Positions 1 to 12,313 of a stretch of DNA of 64,000 nt are shown piece after piece. The translations under genes and the position numbers were made by a program. Location: contig JAAILG010000003.1 of the NCBI GenBank assembly GCA_012026655.1, positions 1 through 64,000 of the forward strand. Reading direction: 5' to 3'. Position 1 is the first letter of the stretch. Each line of letters begins with the position of its first letter. Below the pieces are notes generated by a model, which was not told where the DNA came from, made no database searches, and saw nothing but the letters and a program-made list of their open reading frames with translations. This DNA is from Hydrolagus affinis. Lineage: Eukaryota.

Positions 1-249
1 TATCCTAACATCGGAAGATATTCTTAATTGTAAAACTATATACAGTAGATGGATTGTGATATATACCTATCAAATCCATCGGCATTAACAAATTAAAAAT
101 AGAATGTTAACATTTGCATACAAATTACATAGAAATGACACTCTTCAGTAAATCCTTTCAACATCAAGGTTTAAAGTACTCCATGGTATGCATTGTCGAA
201 AATTTTGTTTACAAAATATCTATATCAGATTCTGATACAGGAGTTTAAC

Positions 250-554
250 AATAATAATCCTTGCATTTGATAGAACGCTTTTCACGTCTTCTAGACGTCT
301 CATGGCGCTTCACAGAATATATTGTAAAGTGAAGACTGTATATTTGTGGGCGAAATGCTGCAGCCAATTGCACACAGTAGTATCCCACAAACAGTCGTGG
401 ATTGAAATGACTAATTTATTATAGGTTTTTTGGGGACAGATTATTATTGGTGTAGAGTAAGGAAACTTGCCCAAGGTTTCGCCCTGCCTGGATTCGAAAC
501 ATGGGTCACACGCTTGTAAGGTGAGTGCTCTAACCACTGAGCTACAGGACTCCA
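250..554 (-). mobile_element. tRNA-derived SINE, full length, short subfamily
   Basis: Minus strand begins TGGAGTCCTGTAGCTCAGTGGTTAGAGC (Pol III box A) with box B-like GTTTCGAATCC, then CCTTGGGCAAGTTTCCTTACT, then TGTTTGTGGGATACTACTGTGTGCAATTGGCTG, and ends AAATGCAAGGA(TTA)n. Many similar copies occur in the window. Confidence 0.9.
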
Positions 555-714
555 CCAAAAAGAATTAGTTCTGGGCATGTCTGCAAGGTTCCCAAATATG
601 TAATCTACCCATGCAATTCAACTGCGAAGTGTGAACCAGCAGTATGAGAAATCAGTAATCGCTTAGCAATTTGTTTTAAGAGATAAACTATAAGGTTATA
701 GAGGGAGAAGTGGG

Positions 715-730
715 GAGAGAGAGAGAGAGA
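715..730. repeat. (GA)n microsatellite
   Basis: GAGAGAGAGAGAGAGA seen directly. Confidence 0.8.
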
Positions 731-1834
731 CTCTGAGAAATAAAAATAAAAATTCAGTCAGACACAGAACGTGAAAGAGAAAAATTCAGAGACAAAAGAG
801 CTAGCACAATATAATAGTGATAGTATGACCTGGTGGATTAGATTTTGATTACAATTGCAAATTTGCATTTGACATGATTCCCCATTATCTGTATCATTTC
901 TAGATCCACAACAAGTTTAATCTCAGTTGGTGTTAGCTAGCTCTCTGGTGTGAATAGATTGGAATTCACTTACTTTTTTTTAAACTATGGACAAGGTAAA
1001 TGCAAATGATGGGTTTGAGTTTCCAGGACTGTATATAGAAGCATTACTGCTTTTCCAGTTACTGATAAAAAAAATTGTTTATAAAAAGATAGATTTTGAA
1101 TGCTCCAATAGTCAGAGCACTGTGAATTTCAAACTCGACTCATTGATTATATTAATCTAACACTTCACTGAATTTTATGCATATAGGTGACATATTTTGG
1201 TTGTTATCAGACTCCTTTACAGACACAATCATGGCACATGGACAAACTGACAAGTGCATATTAATTATGTTATTAAGACTTCCCTGAAATCAATTCCTAA
1301 GTGCTCACACTGATCAGCATCCCATTCAACAGTGTGGAATAGCTGATGGCTTACAGTCAGGTATTCAGGCTTTGAAAAATATCTGAAATGAACCCTGCAG
1401 AAATAGTTCAAATAAAAAAAAGGGGTTGTTTAGCATTAAAATGACTCCTAAGCAAGATTTTTCTTCTTCCGTCTTTGAATATCTGAGATTCTACTCCTCC
1501 CATCTTCTCCACAACTCCCATTCTATCATCACCAACATTTGTTCTGTTTTCACGATCTTCATTCTCAATCCATGTTCCAAGATCTTCCCCCCCTTTCCTA
1601 TTCCCCCATTTTAATTTTCTTCTATCCTGAAGGAGTTCTGATTCCTTCTACTCCTGACTTAATGGGCTACGTATTGAAGCAGTATAAAATATATAACTCA
1701 GTTTCAAAAATCTAAAATTTGAGGCCAGCTTAGTGCAATAACAGCACCAAAATGACTTTGCCTTTTTGAAACTAATCACCTGAGATGACCTTAAAAGCAG
1801 CTCGTATATTGGGTATAGAGTGAAGTCCAATTAT

Positions 1835-1990
1835 TTTGATGCAAGATTCAATAATAACTTTCAAAAGAGAATTTGAAATATACTTGAAAAGGAAAAATTT
1901 ACAAGACTATGGGGAAAAAGCAGGGGAGTGGGAATAAATGGATAGCTCTTCTAAGGAGCTCTTCTGTGCTCTAAGATTCTACGATTCCAA
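1835..1990 (+). mobile_element. CR1 LINE 3' end fragment
   Basis: AACTTTCAAAAGAGAATTTGAAATATACTTG (TFKREFEIYL, like the CR1 ORF2 end FKRELDxYL), followed by TATGGGGAAAAAGCAGGGGAGTGGG and a GATTCTA-type tail. Confidence 0.65.
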
Positions 1991-1994
1991 CTCT

Positions 1995-2045
1995 TCCTCC
2001 CGACGTGAAAGGCGCTCTATAAATGTAATTTTGTTGCTGTTGTTT
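1995..2045 (+). mobile_element. L2 LINE 3' tail
   Basis: CCTCCCGACGTGAAAGGCGCTCTATAAATGTAATTTT(GTT)n; the same tail recurs near 18550, 36790, 41140, 48010, 55370, 57670 and 58525. Confidence 0.7.
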
Positions 2046-3199
2046 CGCCATCATAGCATCAACCATTTTTAAATAGTCCAACATCATAGCCTCAACCACC
2101 TTTCCAGTTTTTAAATTGCCTTTTGGTTTCTGATTTTAAAAAAACATTCTGGTGTCTGCCCCGATATTGCCCTTTGCAAATCTCAACCAATGTCCTCTTA
2201 GTCTCCTGCCCTGATGTGTACCAATGTTCTGGGTTTGATTTTTCAATTTCATTCAAAATGTTAGACACATTAAATCAGTCCACTGTGTAAATCCAGAAAA
2301 GGGCAGTATAGAATAAAAATCTAGCAATATAATTCAGGTGCAAAGGCTCAGTTTAAGTGATACTGTTACACACTTCATCACAAGGTTTGCTAACTACAGA
2401 TTCTGACTCAGTTCAGGGAGGTAGATGGAGAAGACAAACCTTCTGCTTGAGATTCTAAATTAGATGCAAAGTTCTCTTCATGTGTAGGGTTCATTATTAA
2501 TTGGTTGGCAAATCTTCTGAAGCAGCTATGCAACTCTACTTTAGAATACGTTTTAAGTGTGCAAGGCTTATGAAAAGAGCAGCTGTCCTGTTAAAAGTTT
2601 AATTCACAGATGTAGCACTTGGGGTGGGGGTGGGTGGGGGGGAAACATCACTGATGTAATGCCAGAAAGAGAAAGGTTGTGATAAACATGATCAAAAACA
2701 GAAACGGAAAAAAACATCAAACTGTAATAGGCTGTAGAACTGCCAGTTAGTTCAATATTTCACTCAACTATAGCATATATTTCTATCAAAGAGCAGGCTC
2801 CTGCATGTCAACACCATTTCTCTTACAATCATTTATATCAAATAGATTCTCCATCTCTGAAATTCAATCTAAATTATTTGTCACTAAAATTAACATTTTT
2901 ACCCAATAATTACAATATTTTTCTAACTTAACTTTCAATTGTATTGCCAATGGACCCAGTTACAATGCTTCCCATGGATACTTGCAATGCCTTCATTAAC
3001 ATAAGGCACATTGGGTTTGTTTGCCAGAATTCATAAAATGGTGAGCAGATGCATCTGAAGTAGAATACTTCAACATCCCAAATGTGCAACAACAGGATCA
3101 AAAGACTCATTTTGAAGCACATCATGAAATAGGTTCATATGAAGACAGTCCTTCAGCCTTATTGATTTCATCCCTTCCAGAATAACAATCCTATCATCA

Positions 3200-3420
3200 T
3201 CACATTGCAGCATTAGGATGCTTCTAAATGAGTCCAGTATCCTTGCCTCAATTACCCTTCTGGGTAATGTGTTCCAGTTCATGATTACCCTACGTGTAAA
3301 GAAATACTATCTGGTATTTATTCTTCAATTAACTTTCACAAATTTAAATCTGTACTCTCTTGTTCTACTGCCCCGGTAAATCGGTTTACTTTCTCGATCA
3401 TATCAATATTTTGTTGGGTA
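3200..3420 (-). mobile_element. decayed CR1 LINE ORF2 C-terminal fragment
   Basis: Minus-strand translation WNTLPRRVIEARILDSFRS matches the CR1 ORF2 terminal motif WNxLPxxVVEAxxxxxFK. Confidence 0.65.
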
Positions 3421-4781
3421 GATTTTTTTATATTGGGAACGGTAACTATGTTTGCCAAATAGCCAAGAAGTATTGAAAGGATTTTGGTGAAAAAGCGATC
3501 AGTTGCTAAATTCAAAACTTTAAAATAAATAAGAAAGCCTTCCAGAAATCAGAAATTAATATTAAGGAAGTACAAGAGTGATAGGGAGAACATACCACAA
3601 GAGATGAGCAACTTCAGAGAAGATTGTAGGAGTGATTAAATCTCAACAGGGTACACAAATTGCCTGCAGCATTCTCTGGTATAATCAGTTTTTAAATCGA
3701 TTGTGATCAGATAAGTTATGATGGAGTGTGTTTGTGTGCGAGTGCCAGCGTATGTGTATGTGAGTGGATTGGACTTATGTCCATTGTTTCCTTGCTACTG
3801 CGTTTATTCTACTTGAAATTATTTAATGTGAGACTCCAAATTGTTTCTTATATTTGCTTAACTTTGCACAGAATACATCGCTTCCATTAAGGCCAGATGT
3901 CCTTTCCTGAAGGGCTTGTACATTTACCATTGGATAGTTTATATTTGAGTAATCCACTGAGTCCAATCACATTTCTCCTGTGTAAAGAACTGATGTTTCA
4001 TGTGATTTTTTTGCCCACACGCAACTTCCTAATTAAAATATTCATGCAACTATAGTATATCTCAGAAGTAACCTCAATTTCTGGCTAGAAACACATTTAT
4101 TCTGGATGATAGGTTTCTGCATTGACTGTCACACAGGGACTAGACTAAGTGGCTTTTTAAAGCACTAGAAATGCAAATTACTTTTCACTGACTTTCACCA
4201 GCAATCCATTTCAGTCAGATAAATACAATATGACTGTCTCAATTTATGATTTTCTTCCTCAACTAACAATGAACTCAATGCACAGAGGTCTAACCACAAT
4301 CAAACATGAATGCCTGGAAGATCAAGATTCACTGCACTGCTTGCATTAGAATTACTTGGTTGCAGCAAGATGGTAAATGACACAGTAGATTTTAAATGTC
4401 ACCTGGTATTTAATGCTATGAATGACACAGACCAGCAATTTAATAGGCAGGTAATTCAATTTACAATAGGAGAGTGCATTTAACAAATTAAAAATAAGAG
4501 AAACTATAAGAAAGCAAACAAAAAAAAGTTACATAGTCTTAGAAACCAGCAATGATTTGTGACAGTTCAACAAACTCCTTTCGTGCTAGTGATACATGAA
4601 TACCAGCCCATAAGTTCCGGAGACAATATTCAGGCCAATGCTAAAATCATTTATATGAAAGAGCCTATTGAGTCACTGGTATTCCACAAGCAGATGTTGT
4701 TCCCAGGCAACAGTGCGATTTTAGATCAAACACAGAATGCAATCATTCCAGTAAGGGTTCATTGCTTTTCTCAATACTTAC

Positions 4782-4876
4782 TTATTTTGCATCATGTTCA
4801 TTATAATCCAGTCAGGAGGATAGACATTTTTTCCAATGAGATCTTTGAACATGATGAATGTCTCCATCAGAAAGTC
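4782..4876 (-). CDS. DOCK1: DOCK1 internal coding exon (95 bp)
   Basis: Minus strand: gtgtttttag|GAC TTT CTG ATG...CAA AAT AA|gtaagt. Translates [31 protein letters not shown](K), near-identical to human DOCK1 [32 protein letters not shown] as I recall it. Phase 0 start matches the preceding exon. Confidence 0.95.
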
Positions 4877-4987
4877 CTAAAAACACATGTAGATTGTCAT
4901 TGTTTTGTTTTCAGAAAAGGTCACTCCTTTGCATTGTAAACTGATAAATTTACAAACAGACAAGGCATCGTGATGACTTTTCAAGTA

Positions 4988-5728
4988 CAGGTATCCCACC
5001 CCAACCGCGGCCTCACCAACCATGAAACCGTGGCATGCATCCACGGTTTGCTAAATGCAACAACCCTCGCAAACCGCGTTTTGCGCGTCCGCGATTTAAA
5101 TCCGCAGGTTTAAATTTTCAAGTTTAGCATAGCGTATAGCACTAGGACCCAGTTGCTATGTCGCAATCAACCAGCGAGATGTCGCCTCTCTCTTAAGATT
5201 AAGGTAAATCTCCGTTGATTTCTCTCCCCCACCCGGCGTGTCACCCATCCACCCCCACCCTCCGTGTCACCCATCCACCCCCACCCTCCGTGTCACCCAT
5301 CCACCCCCACCCTCCGTGTCACCCACTCCCCTCACCCTCCGTGTCACCCACTCCCCTCACCCTCCGTGTCACTCACTCCCCCACCCTCCGTGTCACTCAC
5401 TATGATTTCTCTCTCTCTCTCTGTAGATCAGTCAGTCAGTCAGTCAGACAACCTCACAGATTGCTGCAGATGTGCCCAAACTTACTCCCCCTATCCCCAT
5501 GTATGTTATAACTGTATGTATTTTTTTGTGTTTCGTTTTTACTAAAAGCGAACTTATTCCCTGTATCCCCATGTTTCCCATAGGGCCCTGCATTTTCCAA
5601 CCGCGAAAAAGCAAACGTACTCCCCCTATCTCCATGTTTACCATAGGACTCTGCGTTTTCCAACCACAATTTTACCAACCGCGGAGGTTTAGAGGAACGT
5701 ATCCCCCATGGTTGGGGAGGGATAGCTG
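4988..5728. mobile_element. Tigger/pogo-type (Tc1-mariner) non-autonomous element
   Basis: TIRs CAGGTATCCCACCCCAACC ... GGTTGGGGAGGGATAGCTG; TA on both sides (4986-4987, 5729-5730); Tigger-like subterminal GGAACGTATCCCCC; CpG richer than the flanks. Confidence 0.8.
5233..5400. repeat. minisatellite, 24-26 bp unit, about 6.5 copies
   Basis: Unit CCGTGTCACCCATCCACCCCCACCCT (x3) drifting to CCGTGTCACCCACTCCCCTCACCCT; it explains the Pro/His-rich ORFs at 5215 and 5264. Confidence 0.9.
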
Positions 5729-6244
5729 TATTTTTATTATCTGATGAAGTTATTCACATTTTTAAAAAAAATCATCTTCCAATTTAATCCTTGCAATTAG
5801 ATCTTTGATTTAAGTCAAGTGACTGAATTTACCATTTGTTTCTGGTGTTGATACTCGTATCTTACTGAATAATAGTCTTATACATAATCCTATTATTTGG
5901 GGACTGATTTTGCTTGTGCATATTTATGAACTGAAACTCATTTCATAAATGCTAATAGAAGTGGCGTATTCATGAAAAATGAATTATTTTATGGCTCATT
6001 GATTTGCTATTATTTCTGTATGCTGACATAGGTTGTTGTGAGTCATGTTTACACTGTTTCTGGAATTATAACAAGGATCTTAATAAGAATGTATTCTGCT
6101 TTTATGTTGTAGGAGTGTGGCACACAATTTAAAATTCATATTACATTTCATTTGTCACTGCACTTTAATTCCGTGAAGCGCTTTGAGTCGTTACGTTGAC
6201 ATGAGAAAGTGTTATATCGATTACAAGAACTAATTATACAAATA

Positions 6245-6975
6245 CAGTAGAAGCCCGTTTATGTGACTCAATGCACCGGCACTTCCATATAACCGGCACG
6301 CCCCCCAAAAAGTCCCCATTTGATAAACCAGAACTTATCCGGAACAATAGAAGTGGAGCATTTGTAAATACATAAATAATAACAGAATAACAGAATATTG
6401 CATTGGTACTTATTGTTAAAACTATTCTCTTGCGCTTTTTACCTTTGCTGGTAGATGCTGCGCTTGAAGCCACAATGCTGCGGTAGAGGTTTAAAGTCCA
6501 GCGCTTCTTTTTAAAATGGAGCAGGTGAAAAAAACGGGAGCGAGTATGACTTTAAAATCATACTAGTGGCGAGCCGATAACACTAGCCGATAACCCACAT
6601 TGTCACGCAGGTGCAGTGTTTCGGTTTGCCGCTAGTAGAGTCTAGGGCTTCGGCTTGCCGCTAGTAAAGTCACAAGACTTTAAAATCGCGCTATTTTTTT
6701 CACCCGCTTAGCGTCCTCCATTTAAAAAGGAATCGCTGGACTGTAAACCTCAATCAGTAAAGGTGAGGAGCGCAAGAGAGTAGTTTTAACAATAAGTACC
6801 AATATAATATTCTGTTATTATCTGTTATTACTTAGTCTGGTATGTATGGTGTGTGTTAAAAGAACTTTAATTTTTTTGTAGTGGGTTTTTGGCTGTGGGC
6901 CGCCCAAATATCCGGCAAGCGTTTTAACCGACATTGGCCAGGTCCCGCGGGTGCCGTATAAACGGACTTCTACTG
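6245..6975. mobile_element. Tigger/pogo-derived palindromic MITE, copy 1
   Basis: TIRs CAGTAGAAGCCCGTTTAT ... ATAAACGGACTTCTACTG; TA target duplication (6243-6244, 6976-6977); relic peptide KRKRIVLTI; second copy at 15100-15713. Confidence 0.88.
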
Positions 6976-7259
6976 TACTAGACTTTTCTTCACTTTGTGT
7001 ATGAAATTCAATTAATTTGTACAGACTTTGTGCATTTGCTGGATACTTGAGACTTAAACCACAATATCTGAATTTCCACCAGAGAAATAAAATGTGTACG
7101 CTGTCATAAATCCCTCACCTCTGGTCGAGGTGTTTCACTGGTCAGTAATTTCAGGAGAATGTTTAAAGATTGCACTCTGAGTAAACCTAATTGTGCACAA
7201 AGGGCTGTGAAATGATGTATGACAAAGTGAACGGTCTAACAATCTGGAGGACAACTGGA

Positions 7260-7402
7260 CAGTTCAGCATCTTGCAAAGAGGTACATCCTCAGTACCATA
7301 GTGTCTGCCTAGGTTATAACCTGCCTGATAATGTTGGACCTGAATTCACACAACCTTCTGATCTAGAAGCAGGAATGTTACCAACTGAACCAAGCTGATA
7401 CA
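7260..7402 (-). mobile_element. ancient Deu-type SINE head fragment (SacSINE1-like)
   Basis: Minus strand GTATCAGCTTGGTTCAGTTGGTAACATTCCTGCTTCTAGATCAGAAGGTTGTG...AGGCAGACACTATGGTACTGAGG resembles the shark DeuSINE head; highly diverged. Confidence 0.5.
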
Positions 7403-7643
7403 CACACAGTAATAACATCTAAGCAACAGTTTCATTTGAGCTAAGTGGCCTGGACAATTTTTTTTGCAAATTAAAAAAGCCACTACAACATAAAGAAGTC
7501 TTAATATTTGCGACAATTTCAGCTAATATTCAGTAGCTGAAATTGTGTTATGCACCTGTTCAATAATTCAAGTGAGTCATTTATGGAAAATAAATGTATA
7601 AATATTGTAATTGCTGGTAAAATTAGCCAATTGTTCTACTTAC

Positions 7644-7745
7644 CACAACATCAGATCGTATCTTCCCAAAGGTCTTGATTAAATGGGCATAATGATAATC
7701 CTCCATCTGCCTGAGAATGGCAGTCATGCAAGCAACATAATTGCC
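7644..7745 (-). CDS. DOCK1: DOCK1 internal coding exon (102 bp)
   Basis: Minus strand: ttttatttgctccag|GGC AAT TAT...GTT GTG|gtaagt. Translates GNYVACMTAILRQMEDYHYAHLIKTFGKIRSDVV versus human DOCK1 GNFVACMTAILRQMEDYHYAHLIKTFGKMRTDVV (recalled). Splices in frame to 4876. Confidence 0.96.
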
Positions 7746-7952
7746 CTGGAGCAAATAAAAAGGGCTGTGTTATTACTGTTGAAATTACAAAATCAATGTT
7801 ACCTTTCCATTTGACAATGCTCCATCAATTATAAACCTCTGGAAGCATCTCTTTTAATCTGGACTCTGAACTCCTTTATGTGGGACTAATGGAGCAAAAT
7901 ACCCAAATATCTGAAAATAATAGTAAAATCCTTGTTTAGCGTCTTTGACTAT

Positions 7953-8110
7953 CATAGGAACACAGGAACAGGATTAGGCCATTCAGACCGTCGAGCCTGT
8001 TCCGCCATTTTATTAGATCATGGCTGATCTGCATCTCTATTAATCCTTTCAATTCCAATTTCCCGCTTTCACCCCGTATCCCTTAATACCTTGACATACC
8101 AAAAATCTAT
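7953..8110 (-). mobile_element. CR1 LINE 3' end
   Basis: CATAGGAACACAGGAACAGGATTAGGCCATTCAG...GATCATGGCTGATCT...CCGTATCCCTTAATACCTTG is the reverse complement of a typical chondrichthyan CR1 3' end (IKGYG motif on the minus strand). Confidence 0.7.
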
Positions 8111-8117
8111 TTTTTTT

Positions 8118-8220
8118 AAGGATTATCAGGCATGTGGAGTAAGGAAAAGTTTCACCTTGCCTGGAATTGAACCCAGGTCTCTCAGGCAAGTGCTCTAACC
8201 ACTGAGTTGCAAGAGCTCCA
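8118..8220 (-). mobile_element. tRNA-derived SINE head fragment
   Basis: GTGGAGTAAGGAAAAG...CCTGCCTGGAATTGAACCCAGGTCTC...TGCTCTAACCACTGAG, same family as 250-554. Confidence 0.8.
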
Positions 8221-11200
8221 CTACTTGATGTCCATCTGTTCCACTGTCTTTCCAACATACATCCACATAGAGACTTTGTTTCGCCAAAACAAGCAAAATG
8301 AATGAAGATGGTTTATGGCTATAAATTCATGTTACCAAAAATAATTCTCTTACATTATAGAAAAAAATCTATCCAAATCTGAAATATGAAAAACACGAAT
8401 AAAGCATGTACTGTACCTTTTCAAAAATAAAACTATCTTGTGCAGCATATTAAAACCTTCATGTTTTGACAAGTCAAATGATTAGAATCAGCTATAATCC
8501 CAACATGTCGAACATATAGGAAATATTCATGTTTGGCAAGCATTTGCAATAAAATGGTTGAATACGTTGATAGTTCAATGTGTGCTCATTTTTTAGAAAA
8601 TCCCAAAGGATCAGAAAAAATCATTTTGAGTTGGTTTAGAAAGCACAAACATAAATTTCTAAATTATTAACAGATCACTGCTGACAGGATGGCAAACAAT
8701 GTTAGGAGCCATGGCAATGCCCCATCATCATGAAGCTCCAGCTTGACAGCAACCTGTGCTCTTCGTTGCAACTACGCAGTTGATTGACAGCTCCAAACAT
8801 GCAAAAATAAATATAACTTTACATAACTAGCTCACAAATTATAGTGTGGCTGCTTTACTAACATAATGCTCTCTCTACCCAGCCCTCTACTGAATGTCAC
8901 CTCCTGTTCCTTGGAACTATTGTCAATATTAAACAAATAAGCTTTGAAATCCAAATTGTGGTTGAGTTTTCCGAAAATAGTATACAGTAATAAGTATGTA
9001 GTGGATCTCTATTATCATGCACTGGACCGATCTGTGGACAATTAATACCTGTGCATGTATAAAATTGTGAGGTTTGAATCCTGCAGCAATTTGCAAAATA
9101 GCCACAACTTGATGGCCTTTGAGTTGAAAATCTTTCCTGCACGAGTTTTGTTTCAGAAAGGTTTTCAACATCAAAGGCCACAAGTGTTCCTTCCCTCCCC
9201 ACTAAACATATTGGAGGAAAGCAAGATATAAAGCTCTGAAACACAGGACATAATAACACAAGAATCAAATCATCCTCACAGGTAACAAGAAACTCACCTC
9301 CTAAGACAGAGGAAGGAGAACAACCAAAATTAGACTCCCTCCTACACAGCCAGAAACAAAACTTGAAATCTTCAGTTCGTCAAGTCTTCATAATCTCCAA
9401 AAAGACCTGACCCTCTCTATCAGCACTGAAAGACATTGAAATATGTCTTCCTCACTAAATCCAAGCAATACATTCCTACTGCCAGAAGTAGCCAGCACAG
9501 TATGCCTACAAATTGATTGGAATACATACCAACCCAATTCAAAGAAATCTACAAGATCTGTGAAAAACCACCACCCACCCCCCACACCCAACCCCAACCA
9601 TGGGGTAAACACAACAAACAATGGCACAGAATCATCCACAGGCCATCTCACATTATCTACATCACATTTGCAAAGGTAAAATAAAAAGTTAAAAAGGTTA
9701 AACTATAAGGTTACGTGGGACTAATGGTACAATCATAACACCGTGTGGCATCATTCAACATAGGAAATAACTGTGATTGATTGAGGTGTACAAAGCAACT
9801 TTTTCTTCCCACAAATACATGAACACACCACAGAATAAAGCCAGTAAAGCTAGCGCTACAACACAAAAGCTACTCTATGATTCAGATAATCCCATCAGTC
9901 ACAAGAGATCGTAAAGGACTAGATTTTCTGAAGCTAAACTCAATACCACAACACATTCAGAATAGATAGAGACAGACAATCAGCAAAAAAAAACTTTAAC
10001 AAATGTAATATTTTCCATAAACATGTATATTTATGACCTTGTTACAGTAAGGTTAAATGTATTCAACTAAATTCTGTCGCAACTCCAAAGAAAATGCATT
10101 CATGTGGATTTCCGCTCTTGTCTGATTACCACTCTCGTTCGTCAACTTGTATTCTGAAAGTACCTATTCATGTAAAAATATGTATGAAAGAAGCTGAAAA
10201 TTACTCTGGATGGTTGTAGCTGTGATAGTTTGATTTCTAAATTTTCTACTAAAATACTTTTTTCTATGCCAGAGAAGGTAAAAAATAGTATTCCTCATTA
10301 GTCCTCAGTCACCGCTAATAGGCTGAATTGAACGCTGTAATTTACCCTGGCATTTTATAAAAGTGTGAAGAGGATTCCAGTAGAAATTCACCAACAAATT
10401 AAAAACACCTGCAATTAAATCTAACAACATGATTCATTTAAATTTTCCTGCTTAAACTGAAGCAAAATAGTTGATGCAAAGCACATTGAACTAATTCACA
10501 GTTATATCAAGGTCCTGTAACAGGCGATGAGGAATCTCCATTTGCATTCTATGTAATTGGTGAATTCATGCCTTTTGTTTCAAAGGAGAAAGAACCAATT
10601 CCCAGATATTAAATCTCAATGATAATTAGCATTTGCACTCATATAAAGATTATATGAGAAATTATCAATGCTTATCTAAATAGTATAGTGGCTAAAGGAC
10701 TAAACGGGTACTTTGAAACAATAAGCCTCATGAATCCATTCACGTTAGTCAAACCGTAGATGACAGGAGAAAAATAGGAGGATTTGGTTCGGAACAGACT
10801 TGATATATAGCGTTTGCGAAAAATCTAACTCAGTCCAGATAGCTGTACAATAGATAAACATCTTAAAGTGACAAGGTGCTTCAGCCTTGTTCAATGATGG
10901 CATCCATGATTTATATTTGCGTATCGCTTAACTGAGAGAAGTTGATATTATGCGATTACTAAAGATGCAACTGTAAATATTTTGACTGCTTTTATACATT
11001 CAGTAGATGTGCAAACATTTACAGATTTTACAAATAGCTTTAAAAAGCCGACATGGCGATTCTGTCATTAAACAGCTGTCCCCAAGGGTATCAGTATTTT
11101 AAATTGTATGTAGATAATCTCAAATTAACAACACATTAACTCATGCCAAATGTAACAAAGCTCAATATCCGCTAAATGGTGATACTCAGTCTGTGTACAG

Positions 11201-12313
11201 ACTACTTTAGTTCCATTTGCTATTACTATTCCCTGTTTATGCTCCAAATTTTCATTGTAACATTTTTGAGAAATGGTTGCTACATTTTCGTGCTGAGCTA
11301 CAGTACCAACTGTGCCAGTGATGAAGCCAACATTCAACAAAGCATAAAATAAAGCAGATTGATAATATCTAGGGCATGCTGATTTAAAGATAGATTTCAT
11401 TGATATATGTAGGTTATTAAGCCAAACATTCCACGATTGCACATGGTAATGCAGATACATTTCAAGGATTGATTTGTCTCATTTCAAAAAGACTGCTTAA
11501 TAAGGTGTGAATCTGGGACGGAATCATATTATTTCTCAGATACAGATACGAGTAAAGCTAGTTGGTACCAGTTCAACAAATCCTTGCTTTACAATGTAGA
11601 TTACAAGGAATTGACAAGATTCCATTTTAAAATGTAATCACGCTCCTGAAGTGTCCGGTTAGCTGCTCTGAGAGATGACAAAACCGATACTCGGGAGTTA
11701 AAATGATCTCATTAGCCATTGCAATTGGCACAAATGGCCAACAGAAGTATTGATGAACTAGAAATAGACATTTATTTGGAGAATAGAAGTACGAAGCCAC
11801 CATTGCAATCAGACAGAGAATACAAAACAATGAGATGATAATACCAGGCTTGGGTATGTTCAGACGTTCAAAAATTTTCCAGGACTGTTCTTTGCAGAAT
11901 CTTCTATACGTCAGACAAAAAACGTTGACATTTGAAACACCTCGAAAATACAGCTCTTCAGTTGATGATGTGAAGAGTCAATATAGAGTAAATAAGGTCT
12001 CTGGAAGAATTGGAGTTAACATTCGCATTTGATCAATAATATATCTGCCAATGTTATAAAGTGACTTGTGTCCCGTGGGAAATAATATTGGGCAGGAGGA
12101 ACAAGAGCACACACTGTAAATCAATTGGATTTTAATATTGCAATAAGAAGGGAGAACAGAAATATATCCTATTTATCTGTTAATGCATGCACATTGTTCA
12201 GAGAACTAAGGTACCTTTTACACTTTTATTTTAAAACAGAATAAGTGATTTTAAAATAAACCATGAGATTCAACATAGGTAAAAAAAAACTGGAGAGTCC
12301 CATAAAGTGAAAC

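Noticed and set aside
480-554. tRNA-like sequences (also ~25832, ~34410, ~38335, ~51253)
   Set aside because: They are SINE heads: no intact acceptor stem, variable anticodon region, always fused to the SINE body.
4559-4939. 126 aa plus-strand ORF
   Set aside because: Antisense shadow of the DOCK1 exon at 4782-4876; no independent coding signal.
5233-5400. Possible CRISPR-like array
   Set aside because: Head-to-tail tandem units without unique spacers, no cas genes, vertebrate intron.
5215-5545. Pro/His-rich ORFs
   Set aside because: Translations of the C-rich minisatellite inside a MITE.
6234-6473. ORF MASSAASTSKGKKRKRIVLTI as a functional transposase or TIGD gene
   Set aside because: Similarity stops after about 22 residues; non-ATG start in this copy; no DDE domain in the element.
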